Positions 9,461 through 19,093 of a stretch of 64,000 bases of DNA are shown here, piece by piece. The stretch is taken from the NCBI GenBank assembly GCA_965204755.1, contig OZ242011.1, positions 1,440,001 through 1,504,000 of the forward strand, written 5' to 3'. Origin of the DNA: Candidatus Marinacidobacterium sp. (lineage in GTDB: Bacteria > Acidobacteriota > Vicinamibacteria > Marinacidobacterales > Marinacidobacteraceae). The translations under genes and the position numbers were made by a program. A model generated the notes under the pieces. That model did not search any database, was not told the DNA's origin, and saw only the letters and a list, made by a program, of their open reading frames with translations. Position 1 is the first letter of the stretch. Every line of letters begins with the position of its first letter.

Positions 9461-10764
9461 GCCGAGGCCGGAGTGTCCGCCGGCTCCAGGTAGAGCGGGA
9501 ACTGCGATGCCAACTCGGCGACTTCGTCGGCGAGGCGGGCGAGCGCGGCTTCGTCCCCGGCGGCTTCGAGCGCGGAGGCGATCATGCGGGCCACGATCCG
9601 CATCTCCCCTTCCCCGAAGCCGCGGCTGGTGAGCGCCGCGGTGCCCAGCCGGACGCCGCTGGCGATCAGGGGCTTTTCCGGGTCGAAGGGGATCGTGTTC
9701 TTGTTCGCGGTGATGCCGGCCGCTTCGAGCGCGGTTTCGGCGTCTCTCCCGGTGACGCCCTTGGGCCGCACATCGAGCAGGAGGAGGTGGTTGTCGGTTC
9801 CGCCGGACACCAGCCGGAAACCGTGTCCGGCGAGCGCCTCGCCGAGCGCCCGGGCGTTCGCGATCACCTGCCGGGCGTAGGCCGAGAACTCCGGCTGGAG
9901 CGCCTCCCGGAAACAGACCGCCTTGGCGGCGATGGTGTGCATCATCGGGCCGCCCTGGATCCCGGGGAAAGTGACCCGGTTGAGCGCCCTGGTCAGTTCC
10001 TTGTCGTTCCAGAGGATCAGCCCGCCGCGGGGGCCGCGCAGGGTCTTGTGGGTGGTGGTGGTCACGATGTCGGAGAACGGCAGCGGGTTCGGGATCGCCC
10101 CCCCGGCCACCAGGCCGGCGATGTGGGCGATGTCGGTTACCACCCGGGCGCCGACCGAGTCGGCGATTTCGCGGATCTCCTCCGCCGGGAAGAGGCGCGG
10201 GTAGGCGCTCGCCCCCACCAGGATCATCTTCGGGCGGTGTTCTTCCGCCAGTTCGCGCAGCCGGTCGAGGTCGAGCCGTTCGTCCTCCCGGCGGACGCCG
10301 TAGGCGACCGGGCGGTAGAGACTCCCGGAGAAGTTCAGCGGGTGGCCGTGGGTGAGGTGCCCGCCCTGGTCGAGCGCCATCCCCAGGTAGGTGTCCCCGG
10401 GTTCGAGCAGCGCCATGTAGGCGGCCAGGTTGGCCTGGCTGCCGCTGTGGGGCTGGACATTGGCGTAGGCGGCGCCGAAGAGTTCCTTCGCCCGGTTCCG
10501 GGCCAGCCGCTCCGCCTCGTCCACATGGACGCAGCCCCCGTAGTAGCGCCGCCCCGGGTACCCCTCGGCGTACTTGTTGGTCATCACCGAGGCGTTCGCC
10601 TCGAGGACCGCGTCGCTTGCGAAGTTCTCCGAAGCGATGAGTTCGAGGCCGCGGGACTGGCGGACCTCCTCGGCCCGGACGGCGGCGGCGATCTCCGGGT
10701 CGCGCTCCCCGAGCGGCGGGCCGAAGCGGCGGCGGCGGAAACTCTCGTTCGGAGGGGCGGTCAT
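9457..10764 (-). CDS. glyA: Serine hydroxymethyltransferase
   Basis: [36 protein letters not shown]-lysine motif; ATG 10764 preferred over TTG 10773. Confidence 0.97.
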   Translation of the reverse strand: MTAPPNESFRRRRFGPPLGERDPEIAAAVRAEEVRQSRGLELIASENFASDAVLEANASVMTNKYAEGYPGRRYYGGCVHVDEAERLARNRAKELFGAAYANVQPHSGSQANLAAYMALLEPGDTYLGMALDQGGHLTHGHPLNFSGSLYRPVAYGVRREDERLDLDRLRELAEEHRPKMILVGASAYPRLFPAEEIREIADSVGARVVTDIAHIAGLVAGGAIPNPLPFSDIVTTTTHKTLRGPRGGLILWNDKELTRALNRVTFPGIQGGPMMHTIAAKAVCFREALQPEFSAYARQVIANARALGEALAGHGFRLVSGGTDNHLLLLDVRPKGVTGRDAETALEAAGITANKNTIPFDPEKPLIASGVRLGTAALTSRGFGEGEMRIVARMIASALEAAGDEAALARLADEVAELASQFPLYLEPADTPASA

Positions 10765-10825
10765 GGGCGGCAAGCAGTATAGGGAGGGGCGGGGCCGGTT
10801 CCGGTCGCCGCCCCGGTGGCGGCGG

Positions 10826-11758
10826 TCAGAGGTAGGCGGCGGCGAAGCCGACCTGCGCCGCCATCATGAGCAGGTACATGTGGGTCCAGGAGACATGGTT
10901 GCGGTCGGCGGCGAGGTCGTCCGGCCGCCGGAGCATCAGGGCGGCGACGAACGCGCCGTAGAGCGCGAGGCCGAGGCCGAGGGGGTGGAGGACCTCCGGG
11001 GCGCCGGTAAGGAGGCCGTAACGCGCGCCGACGGGGATGGCGAGGAAGGGCAGGACGAAGAACGGGGCGATCCGCCGGGCCGCCCCCTTCGGGCCGTAGC
11101 GCACCGGGAGCGTGCGGCAGCCGCCGGCGCGGTCGCCCTCGAGGTCGGAGAAGTCCTTGGTGCTGGTGGCCCCCAGCAGGAAGAGGCCGAAGATCCCGCC
11201 GATGAGCCAGGGCTCCAGGGCGGCGGCGCTGCGGATCGCCGACCAGCCGGCCACCTTGAGCAGGACGCCGCGGGGGACGGCGATGGTCAGGTTCGCCGCC
11301 ATCCCCAGGCGCTTGGTGCGGAGCGGCGGCGCCGAGTAGGCCCAGATGAAAACGCTGGCGGCGAGGACCACCAGGAAGCACTCCCGGCCGGCGAGCCCGG
11401 CCGCGCCGCCGGGAGTCACGAAGAACGCGGCGGCGAGGGCGAGCGCCCAGGTCAGGGCGGTGAAGCGCTTCGCCGCGGCGAGGCCCAGCCGCCCGGAGGG
11501 CAGCGGCCGCTGCGGCTTGGCGATCCGGTCGATCTCGAGGTCGCAGACCTGGTTCAGCCCGTTGCTGGCCGCGTTCAGGAGCGCGGCCATGAGGGCGCCC
11601 AGGACGGCCGAGCCCCAGGGAACGGCGTCGAGCGGCGGTTCCGCGCCGTAGGCGGTGACGCTCGCGCTCAGGAAGCCGACCAGCGGCGGCAGCAGGGTGA
11701 AGGGGCGGGAGAACTCCAGGTAGAGCGCCGCCCGCGCGCGGATCCGGGCGAATCTCAT
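10826..11758 (-). CDS. UbiA-superfamily prenyltransferase
   Basis: [21 protein letters not shown] and [18 protein letters not shown] Asp-rich motifs, YSAPPLRTK, multi-TM. Confidence 0.88.
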   Translation of the reverse strand: MRFARIRARAALYLEFSRPFTLLPPLVGFLSASVTAYGAEPPLDAVPWGSAVLGALMAALLNAASNGLNQVCDLEIDRIAKPQRPLPSGRLGLAAAKRFTALTWALALAAAFFVTPGGAAGLAGRECFLVVLAASVFIWAYSAPPLRTKRLGMAANLTIAVPRGVLLKVAGWSAIRSAAALEPWLIGGIFGLFLLGATSTKDFSDLEGDRAGGCRTLPVRYGPKGAARRIAPFFVLPFLAIPVGARYGLLTGAPEVLHPLGLGLALYGAFVAALMLRRPDDLAADRNHVSWTHMYLLMMAAQVGFAAAYL

Positions 11759-11774
11759 CCGGCTGCGGCGGGTT

Positions 11775-12530
11775 TCATCCGGCTGCGCCGGGCAGGCCGA
11801 AGAACGCCGCGGCGACGGGGAGCGCCCCGCAGGCGAGGCCGGCGAGGGCGCCCCCGGCGAACCCGGAGAGGGCGTTCACCGCGTCGTGGTCGAGCCGCCG
11901 CGCCGGGTCCGGGGAGACGAGCAGCCCCTCTCCCAGCGCGGCGGCGAAACCGCCGAGGGCGGCGAACGGAGCGGCGGCCCACTCGAGGACGCCGAACGCG
12001 CCGGCGGCGGCGCCGAGGGCGAGCGCCGCCCCGGCTCCCGCGAGCGTGCCGACCGGCGTGACCGCGCCCGGCGTCCCCGGCGGAACGGGCGCGAAGCCGC
12101 GGAGCCGGCGCCCGGCCCCGCCGAACGCCTTGCCGATCTCCGAAGAGGCGGTGTCCGCCGCCGCGGCGGCGAGCGTTCCCGCGAAGGCGCAGGCGAAGAC
12201 GCCGCTCCACGGCGCCGGGGAGAGTCCGGCGAAGAGCGCGAAGACCGCCGGCGGCCCGCCGTTCGCGAGCACGGAACGCGCGCCCCGCGCCCCGGCCCGG
12301 GGTTCGGCGATGCCGAGCGCCTGCTTCCGGGCCAGCCCGACCCGGGTCGCTCCGGACCCGACGACGAAGAACAGCAGCAGGAGCAGGTAGCCGGACAGTC
12401 CGGCGGCGAGCGCGACGACCGCTCCGGTCACCCCCCCGGCGAGCGCGCCGCCGCCGTCCACCGTTCCGAAACGCCGGCCGAGGAACGCCAGCCCCGCGTT
12501 CGCGAGCAGGAGGAGCAGGACGACGGTCAA
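11775..12530 (-). CDS. DUF92/TMEM19-family integral membrane protein
   Basis: RGARSVLANGG, AAADTASSEIGK, VPPGTPGAVTPVGT motifs; start inferred at TTG 12530. Confidence 0.85.
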   Translation of the reverse strand: MTVVLLLLLANAGLAFLGRRFGTVDGGGALAGGVTGAVVALAAGLSGYLLLLLFFVVGSGATRVGLARKQALGIAEPRAGARGARSVLANGGPPAVFALFAGLSPAPWSGVFACAFAGTLAAAAADTASSEIGKAFGGAGRRLRGFAPVPPGTPGAVTPVGTLAGAGAALALGAAAGAFGVLEWAAAPFAALGGFAAALGEGLLVSPDPARRLDHDAVNALSGFAGGALAGLACGALPVAAAFFGLPGAAG

Positions 12531-12600
12531 GGGAGGGCGGGCGCCTCTCGGCGGGCCGGAGAAACGCCGGGGGCGCGCCGGGCGCTCTTCCGGCGGGCGG

Positions 12601-14691
12601 TCAGTACAGGCGGTCGCTGCCGCCGCCGGCGCCGAAGCCGAAACTCTTGTAGCCGCCCAGCGAGATCCCGAAGCGGAAGATGTTCTCGCTGCGGCTCTCC
12701 AGGTTGAACCGCGTCCACTCCACATTCACGCCGCAGCACTGGAACAGGATATCGGCGCGCACGGAGACATTGGAGAGTCGGCGTTCGGTGATGTCGTAGT
12801 TCACCTGGACGCCGCTGCGGATCAACTCGCCGACGACGAAGTCCCCTCCGCCGCGCAGGTAACTGTTCGCGTCGATCGTTTCCGGTTCCGTCTCGGTCTC
12901 CGGTATGCGCCGCGCGCGCCTGGACCAGTTGAAAGTGAACTGCCGGTCCGAGGCGTAGTCGCCGATGCGGGCGCCCACCCGCATCGAAGTGAACAGCCGC
13001 TCGTCGGGATCCCATTCCATCGTCCAGTCGCCGCCGGCGTTCCGATCCGGCTGGAAGCGGAACTCCGACCGGACGGGCGACTTGACCACGCTCTGCTCTT
13101 CCTCGAACGAAGAGGAGTAGTAGGACGAGTTGTAGGCGCCCCCTTCCGGGTCGAAGTAGTAACTCTGCATGACCCGCCAGGTGATGAGGTCGGTGGCGGT
13201 GGACTCCTCCACGCCGTCCCGGTACCGCTTCGCGAGCACCCGGTTCACGAGCGCCACGCTCACCTGGTTCGTCGTGGCGTAACTGTCCCGGCGGTCGTGC
13301 CGTTTCACCCGGTCGAAGCCGTCGCCGCTGACCCGGTACTCCCAGGTGACCTCCGGTTCGATCAGGTGCTTGTAGCGCGCCGCGTAGAAGTTGTTCGGGC
13401 TCTCGAAGATCCGCTCCACCTTCGGCCCGATGAGTTGCAGGTCGCCGCCGTAGAACCGCTGGGTCAGCCCCAGGGTCGGATCGAAGTCCCCGGTCTCCGG
13501 ATCCTCCGAGCCGCTGTACCGCACATAGCCGCCCTCGGCGCCGACGGTGAGTTCCAGGAACGGGACGGTGGGCAGCGAAAAACTCAGGTTCGGGCCGAGG
13601 AACAGCCGGTTCCAGCGGTGGATGTCGTCCCGGTAGGACTTGGCGACGCGCACATAGTCGAACTCGTAGCCGACCTGCACATAGTCACCGAGCAGGTTCA
13701 GGCTGCGGCGGGTGATGTTGAACTGGGGGAGCGCCTGGCGAAGGCTGGTCCGGGTGGCGTACTGCGTCTCCTTGCGGTCGATCTTCAAGGACACGCGGTG
13801 GCGGAACAACTGGCCCTTCAGGTCGGACTTCAGGCGCTTGAAGCGGCGCGTGGATCGGGAGAAGGAGTTCTGGAACCGCTGGCTGAAGTTGAAACTCGAG
13901 AACATGTCGCCCTTCGCGCTGAACCGGAACCGACCCGGAAGCCGTTGCGCGATGTCGAAATTCAGGCTGTACTCGCGGTTCTCCGTCGTCCTGTCGTTGA
14001 TGCCGAAGGCTTCCACTTCGGCCCGGGAACCGCGCTCGCCCCGGTTGCGGTATTCCACGCCGAGGCCGGCGCCGGCCTTGGTGAAGTAGTCCACGCTGAT
14101 CGTCGCGTCCATCGAGCGGTTGATCGCCCAGTAGAACGACTGGCTCGCCAGGTGTCCGCGGACATCGGACCGGCCGTATTTGGGCGTCAGGAATCCGGTC
14201 TTGCGTTCTTCCTCGTTCTTCCGGAGCGGGTAGTAGAGCGCCGGGAGGTAGAGGAGCGGCACATCCGCGATGCGGAAGGTCACATTTCGCAGCCAGACCC
14301 GTCGCTGCGGACGCACGACGGCGCGTCCGGCGGCGAACTGCCAGCGCGGCGTCGGCTGGACGCAGGTGGTGAACGCCCCCTTCTCGAGGATCACATCGCC
14401 GTTCCCGACTTCTTCGAGCGACTCCGCGAAGAAGTGGAGGTCGTGCCCCAGCACCCCGCGCGCGTTGCGGAACTTCGCCAGCCCGGCCCGGAGGTCGGCC
14501 TCGAGCGACTCGGCGACGACCTTGTCGTTCCCGCGCTCGAAGACCACGCTTCCGACCGCGCTGATCGCGAGTGCGTCTTCGCGGATCTCGATCCGGTCCG
14601 CCTGCACCCGGATGCGACCCCAGGCGACCTGCGCGTAGCCGTCGAGCACCACGAGGTCGCCGTCCCGCTCCACCCGCTCGGCCTCGGTCAC
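12601..14691 (-). CDS. lptD: LPS-assembly outer-membrane protein LptD
   Basis: N-terminal beta-jellyroll (QADRI, FTTC), PLLYLP..RKTGFLTP, YWAINRSMDAT, C-terminal CC motif and beta-barrel pattern; true start uncertain (see findings). Confidence 0.85.
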   Translation of the reverse strand: MTEAERVERDGDLVVLDGYAQVAWGRIRVQADRIEIREDALAISAVGSVVFERGNDKVVAESLEADLRAGLAKFRNARGVLGHDLHFFAESLEEVGNGDVILEKGAFTTCVQPTPRWQFAAGRAVVRPQRRVWLRNVTFRIADVPLLYLPALYYPLRKNEEERKTGFLTPKYGRSDVRGHLASQSFYWAINRSMDATISVDYFTKAGAGLGVEYRNRGERGSRAEVEAFGINDRTTENREYSLNFDIAQRLPGRFRFSAKGDMFSSFNFSQRFQNSFSRSTRRFKRLKSDLKGQLFRHRVSLKIDRKETQYATRTSLRQALPQFNITRRSLNLLGDYVQVGYEFDYVRVAKSYRDDIHRWNRLFLGPNLSFSLPTVPFLELTVGAEGGYVRYSGSEDPETGDFDPTLGLTQRFYGGDLQLIGPKVERIFESPNNFYAARYKHLIEPEVTWEYRVSGDGFDRVKRHDRRDSYATTNQVSVALVNRVLAKRYRDGVEESTATDLITWRVMQSYYFDPEGGAYNSSYYSSSFEEEQSVVKSPVRSEFRFQPDRNAGGDWTMEWDPDERLFTSMRVGARIGDYASDRQFTFNWSRRARRIPETETEPETIDANSYLRGGGDFVVGELIRSGVQVNYDITERRLSNVSVRADILFQCCGVNVEWTRFNLESRSENIFRFGISLGGYKSFGFGAGGGSDRLY

Positions 14692-14848
14692 CAGCGTGTC
14701 CGCCGGCGCCTCGGGGTGCGGCCACGCCTCCGGCGGCCGCTGGACTTCGGGCCGCCGCTGGGCGGAGGCCGATCCGGCGCCGAAGGCGACCGCGGCGAGC
14801 GCCAGCGCTGCGGCGCCCGGCCGGGGCGCGGCCCGACGGCTCGGGCGG

Positions 14849-15469
14849 CTACGAGTGCGCCGGCTCGTAGTAGGGGTTCGTCCCGGCGGCGTGGTCGGTG
14901 GTGTCCAGGATTGCCCCGATCTGCGGGACGGCGCGGCGGAGCGCCCGCTCGACCCCCTGCCGGAGGGTGGCGGTCGCCATCCCGCATCCCTGGCAGCCCC
15001 CGCCCATCCGCAGGAAGACCTGGTTCCGCTCCACTTCGACCAGCGAGATGTGGCCGCCGTGCGCGGCGACCGCCGGGTTGATCTCGTCGCGGAGGACCTG
15101 CTCCACCCGCTCCCGGATCTCGTTAGGCGCCGGCAGCGACTCGAGCACTTCCGCCCCGATCGGATCCGCCGGGCCGGCGAGCGCGGAACGGATCCGGCGC
15201 CCCACTTCCTTCCCGACGGGCATCCAGTTGCCGCCGGTCTCGGCGGTTACCGTGACCAGTTCGTTCTGCACGAGGACGCCCTGCACGCCGGGGACTTCCA
15301 GGATGGCGCGCGCGAGCGGCGCCCGGGAGGTGTCGCTCGAGGGGTCGAAGTAGGCGGAGCCCCCGGGGAAGACCGGCCGGTCCACCACGAACCGGCAGGT
15401 GGAGTTGTCCCGCGGCTCCGCCCGGATCTTGATCTCGGCGCCGGCGCCGTTCGCTCGCCCCTCGGTCAT
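14849..15469 (-). CDS. nfuA: NifU/NfuA-type Fe-S cluster biogenesis protein
   Basis: Nfu_N domain plus EINPAVAAHGG..MGGGCQGC..TDHAAGTNPYY; ATG 15469. Confidence 0.88.
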   Translation of the reverse strand: MTEGRANGAGAEIKIRAEPRDNSTCRFVVDRPVFPGGSAYFDPSSDTSRAPLARAILEVPGVQGVLVQNELVTVTAETGGNWMPVGKEVGRRIRSALAGPADPIGAEVLESLPAPNEIRERVEQVLRDEINPAVAAHGGHISLVEVERNQVFLRMGGGCQGCGMATATLRQGVERALRRAVPQIGAILDTTDHAAGTNPYYEPAHS

Positions 15470-15538
15470 CTTGCCGGATTCTAGCCGCCGCCCGGCGGGC
15501 TCCTTCCGCCTCCGAGGCGCGCCGGAGGCCGGACGGCT

Positions 15539-17278
15539 TTGCCGACAGCGCTCTCTATACTCGCGCCCGCCTTGCGCTCCCGGCCGACGCGGCGCCCCGC
15601 GATCCCCGCGGCGCTCGCCCTCGCGCTTTCGGCCGCCGCCGGCCCGACATTCGCCGCCGGACAGACCGAGGCGCCGGCCGGGTTCACCGACATCACCGAG
15701 GAGGCGGGCGTCCGCTTCGTCCACGACGCCGGCGAGCGGGGGAACTACTCGCTGCCGGAGATCACCGGGGCCGGCGGCGGTTTCTTCGACGCCGACGGGG
15801 ACGGCGCCCTCGACCTCTACCTGCTGCAGGGCGGTCGGCCGGCCGACCCGGTCGAGGCGCCGCCGGGCGCCGCCGGAAACGCCCTGTTCCTCCAACTGCC
15901 CGACGGACGGTTCCGGGACGCGAGCGCCGCCTCCGGCCTCGCCCATGCCGGCTACGGCATGGGGCTCGCCGCCGGCGACTACGACGGGGACGGGCGCGCC
16001 GACCTCTTCGTAACCAACTACGGGCCGGACGCGCTCTTCCGCAACCTCGGCGGCGGCGCCTTCGAGGAAGTGACGGAGGCCGCCGGCGTCGCCGGGGAGG
16101 GCTGGTCCTCGTCGGCGGCGTTTTGCGACTACGACGCGGACGGGCGGCTCGACCTGTTCGTCGCCCGGTATGTCCGGAACGACCCGGCGAAGCACTGCAC
16201 CAAACAGGACGGCAGCCGGGACTACTGCAGCCCCCAGGTCTTCGCCGGAACCCACGACTACCTCTACCGGAACCGGGGGGACGGCTCCTTCGAGGAGGTC
16301 TCGCTGGCGGCCGGCCTGCGGGCGGTCCACGCCCCCGGCCTGGGGGTGGTCTGCGCGGACTTCGACGGCGACCGCCGGCTCGACTTCTATGTGGCGAACG
16401 ACGGCGAGGCGAACCAACTCTGGCTGAACCGGGGGGGCGGGGAGTTCCGCGACGACGCCTTCCTCGCCGGGGTGGCGCTCAACGACGCCGGCCGCCCGGA
16501 GGCGGGGATGGGCATCGCGCTCGGCGATGTGGACGCCGACCTGGACCTCGACCTCTTCATCACCCATGTGGCCGAAGAGACGAACACGCTCTACCGCAGC
16601 GACGGGGCGGACTTCGGCCCTTCCTTCAGCGACCGCACCGGGCCCTCCGGGCTCGGCCCGCCGAGCATGGCGCTCACCGGCTTCGGCGTCGCCTTCCTCG
16701 ACCTCGATCTCGACGGGGCGCTCGACCTGGTGGTGGCGAACGGCCGGGTGCAGCGGGAACCCCCGCTTCCGGGGGCCTCCGGCGACGACTTCTGGCGGCC
16801 CTTCGCCGAGCCGAACCAGGTCTTCCTCAACGGCGGGCAAGCGCGGTTCGCCGCCGCTCCCGGGGGCGACCTGGACCGGGCGCTGGAAGTGAGCCGGGGG
16901 CTCGCCTTCGGGGACTTCGACGAGGACGGCGACCCGGACCTGCTGGTGGCGAACGCCGCCGGCCCGGCCCGGCTCTACCGCAACGACTTCCGCCGGGCCG
17001 GGGCGGCGCTGGCGGTCCGCCCGGTGGACGCGCAGGGCCGCGCCGCGTTCCCGACGCGGGTCTTCGCCACCCTGGACGACGGCCGGCGCCTGCTGCGGCG
17101 GGCCGACCCGGGCGGCGGCTACCTTGCGGCGAACGACCCGCGGGCGTTCTTCGGAATTCCCGCCGGGCGGCGGGTGACCGGGTTGCTCGTGGTCTGGCCG
17201 GACGGGGGCGAGGAGTCCTTCCCCGGCGCCGAGGGCCGCGAAGTGACCCTCCGGCGCGGGACCGGCGAGCCGCGCTGA
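15539..17278 (+). CDS. CRTAC1-like FG-GAP/ASPIC-UnbV beta-propeller secreted protein
   Basis: Signal peptide, repeated D-x-D-G-D-G-x-x-D-L motifs, C-terminal ASPIC/UnbV (GGGYLA..VVWPDG); TTG 15572 is an alternative start. Confidence 0.9.
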   Translation: MPTALSILAPALRSRPTRRPAIPAALALALSAAAGPTFAAGQTEAPAGFTDITEEAGVRFVHDAGERGNYSLPEITGAGGGFFDADGDGALDLYLLQGGRPADPVEAPPGAAGNALFLQLPDGRFRDASAASGLAHAGYGMGLAAGDYDGDGRADLFVTNYGPDALFRNLGGGAFEEVTEAAGVAGEGWSSSAAFCDYDADGRLDLFVARYVRNDPAKHCTKQDGSRDYCSPQVFAGTHDYLYRNRGDGSFEEVSLAAGLRAVHAPGLGVVCADFDGDRRLDFYVANDGEANQLWLNRGGGEFRDDAFLAGVALNDAGRPEAGMGIALGDVDADLDLDLFITHVAEETNTLYRSDGADFGPSFSDRTGPSGLGPPSMALTGFGVAFLDLDLDGALDLVVANGRVQREPPLPGASGDDFWRPFAEPNQVFLNGGQARFAAAPGGDLDRALEVSRGLAFGDFDEDGDPDLLVANAAGPARLYRNDFRRAGAALAVRPVDAQGRAAFPTRVFATLDDGRRLLRRADPGGGYLAANDPRAFFGIPAGRRVTGLLVVWPDGGEESFPGAEGREVTLRRGTGEPR

Positions 17279-17324
17279 TGGCGCCGACGATCCGCCGACC
17301 CGCCGGCCGGGCCGCCTGAGCGCC

Positions 17325-18878
17325 GTGGCCCGCTCCCGCCGATCCCGACCGCGCCGTCCGCCCCGCGCGGGCGGCGGGCGACGCCCGGCCGGCCCGCCGC
17401 CCGCCCCGAAGCCCCGCCCGGACGCCGCGCCGCCCCGAGCGCCGAACCGCTCCCGCCGCCCGCTGTTCGTCGGCGCCGCGCTCGCGCTGGCGGCGGCCGC
17501 CGCAAGCCTCCTCGTTTGGGGCCGGAGCGGCGGCGGCCCGCCGGCGCCCCCGCTGCCCGACGCCTCGCGGATGGAAGCGGAAGTGGCCGCCGCCATCCGC
17601 GCCGCCCGCGACCGGCTGGCGGACGAGGCGGGATCGGCGGACCGATGGGCCGCCTACGGCGCCGTCCTCCTCGCCCACGAACTCCATGCCGAGGCGGCCG
17701 CCGCCTACCGGACGGCCGGAGAGTTGGCGCCGGACGACTACCGCCACGCGTACCTGGCGGCGCGGGCGCTCTGGAGCGGCGACCCGGAAGCCGCGGAAGC
17801 CGCCGCGCTGCGGGCCGTCGCCCTCTCGCCGGGGTACGCCCCGGCGCGGCTCCTCGCCGGGCAACTCGCGGAGGACCGGGGCGCGCCGGAGGCGGCCGCC
17901 GCCCGGTACCGGGCCGTCCTGGACGGCGGCGCGGCCGAGTCCCCGGCGAACCGGGCCTCGGCCAGTTTCCGGCTGGGCCGGCTGCTCGCGGCGGACGGCG
18001 ACCTCGAAGCCGCGCTGCCCCTCCTCGAACGCGCTTCGGAAGCCGCGCCGGAGTCGGGAGCGGTGCAGGCGGCGCTGGCGCGGCTCTACCGCCGGGCGGG
18101 GGACGAGCCCCGGGCGCGGGCCGCGGCGGAACGCGCCCGGGGCCTGGAGCACGACCTCGCGATCCACGACCCGCTCATGGACGCGGTTACCGCGCTTTCG
18201 GTCTCGGTGGTCGGCAAGGAGCGGCGCGCGTTCGCCGCCGAGGGCGCCGGCAACCCGCGGGCGGCGGAGGCCCTGCTCCGGCAGATGATCGGCTCGCGCC
18301 CGGACTCGGCGGACCTCTACTACAACCTCGGCAACAACCTCTCCCGGCAGGGCCGGAACGACGAAGCCCTCGCCGCCTGGCGGGCGGCGCTCGACCGCAA
18401 CCCGGAGCATGTGTCGGCGCTGGTGAACTCCAGCATCGTCCTCGCCCAGTCCGGCGACCTCGCCGAAGCGGAGCGCCGCTGCCGGCGCGTCCTGGAGATC
18501 CGTCCCAACCACCCGGGCGCGCTGTCCAGTCTGGGAAGCATCGCCGCCCTCGACGGACGGCGGGCGGAAGCGGTGCGCTGGTTCCGCCGGGCGCTGGCCG
18601 AGGAGCCGGAACGCGCCGGGACCCACGACTCCATCGCCCAGGTGCTGGCGGCGAGCCGGGAGTTCGACGAGGCCATCCGCCACTTCCGCATCGCCGTGGC
18701 GAAGGAACCGCTGCGGGGCGACTACCGGCTGGGGCTCGCCGCCGCGCTGGCGTCCCTGGGACGGTTCGAGGAGACTTGGGCGGTGGTCCACGAAGGGCGC
18801 CGGCTGGGCGTCGAATTCCCGGCGCAGTTCCTCTCGATGCTCTCGGATTCCTACCCGGATCCGGGGCCGGGCCGCTGA
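17325..18878 (+). CDS. Membrane-anchored tetratricopeptide-repeat protein
   Basis: N-terminal TM then TPR units (YYNLGNNL..GRNDEAL, ALSSLGSIA). Confidence 0.85.
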   Translation: MARSRRSRPRRPPRAGGGRRPAGPPPAPKPRPDAAPPRAPNRSRRPLFVGAALALAAAAASLLVWGRSGGGPPAPPLPDASRMEAEVAAAIRAARDRLADEAGSADRWAAYGAVLLAHELHAEAAAAYRTAGELAPDDYRHAYLAARALWSGDPEAAEAAALRAVALSPGYAPARLLAGQLAEDRGAPEAAAARYRAVLDGGAAESPANRASASFRLGRLLAADGDLEAALPLLERASEAAPESGAVQAALARLYRRAGDEPRARAAAERARGLEHDLAIHDPLMDAVTALSVSVVGKERRAFAAEGAGNPRAAEALLRQMIGSRPDSADLYYNLGNNLSRQGRNDEALAAWRAALDRNPEHVSALVNSSIVLAQSGDLAEAERRCRRVLEIRPNHPGALSSLGSIAALDGRRAEAVRWFRRALAEEPERAGTHDSIAQVLAASREFDEAIRHFRIAVAKEPLRGDYRLGLAAALASLGRFEETWAVVHEGRRLGVEFPAQFLSMLSDSYPDPGPGR

Positions 18879-18961
18879 CCGGAAAGGCCGCCGGACCGGC
18901 GCCCCGAAGCCGCTCCGGAGCGTTCGGTTCGTTGAACGGCGAGGGTCGGACAGAAGGCCTC

Positions 18962-18991
18962 TTGGGCCCGCGTAACTCGTAGTCGTATAAT
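18962..18991 (+). promoter_or_regulatory. Putative sigma70 promoter of the TBDR
   Basis: TTGGGC (18962-18967), 18-nt spacer, TATAAT (18986-18991); GGAGG SD before ATG 19094. Confidence 0.55.
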
Positions 18992-19093
18992 CGGTTTTCG
19001 GGTGTCCACGAGGCAGCCGGGGCATGGCATATCGGTTGCCTCGACGCCCTTTCGATCTATCTGCTTCTCTCATCCCCTGACGGAGGAAAGCGC

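Noticed and set aside
6634-10782. Very long ORFs such as 6634-10782, 1010-3754, 26096-28852 and 39306-41849
   Set aside because: Antisense or off-frame shadows of well-supported genes; Arg/Pro/Gly-rich with no motifs, as expected at this GC content.
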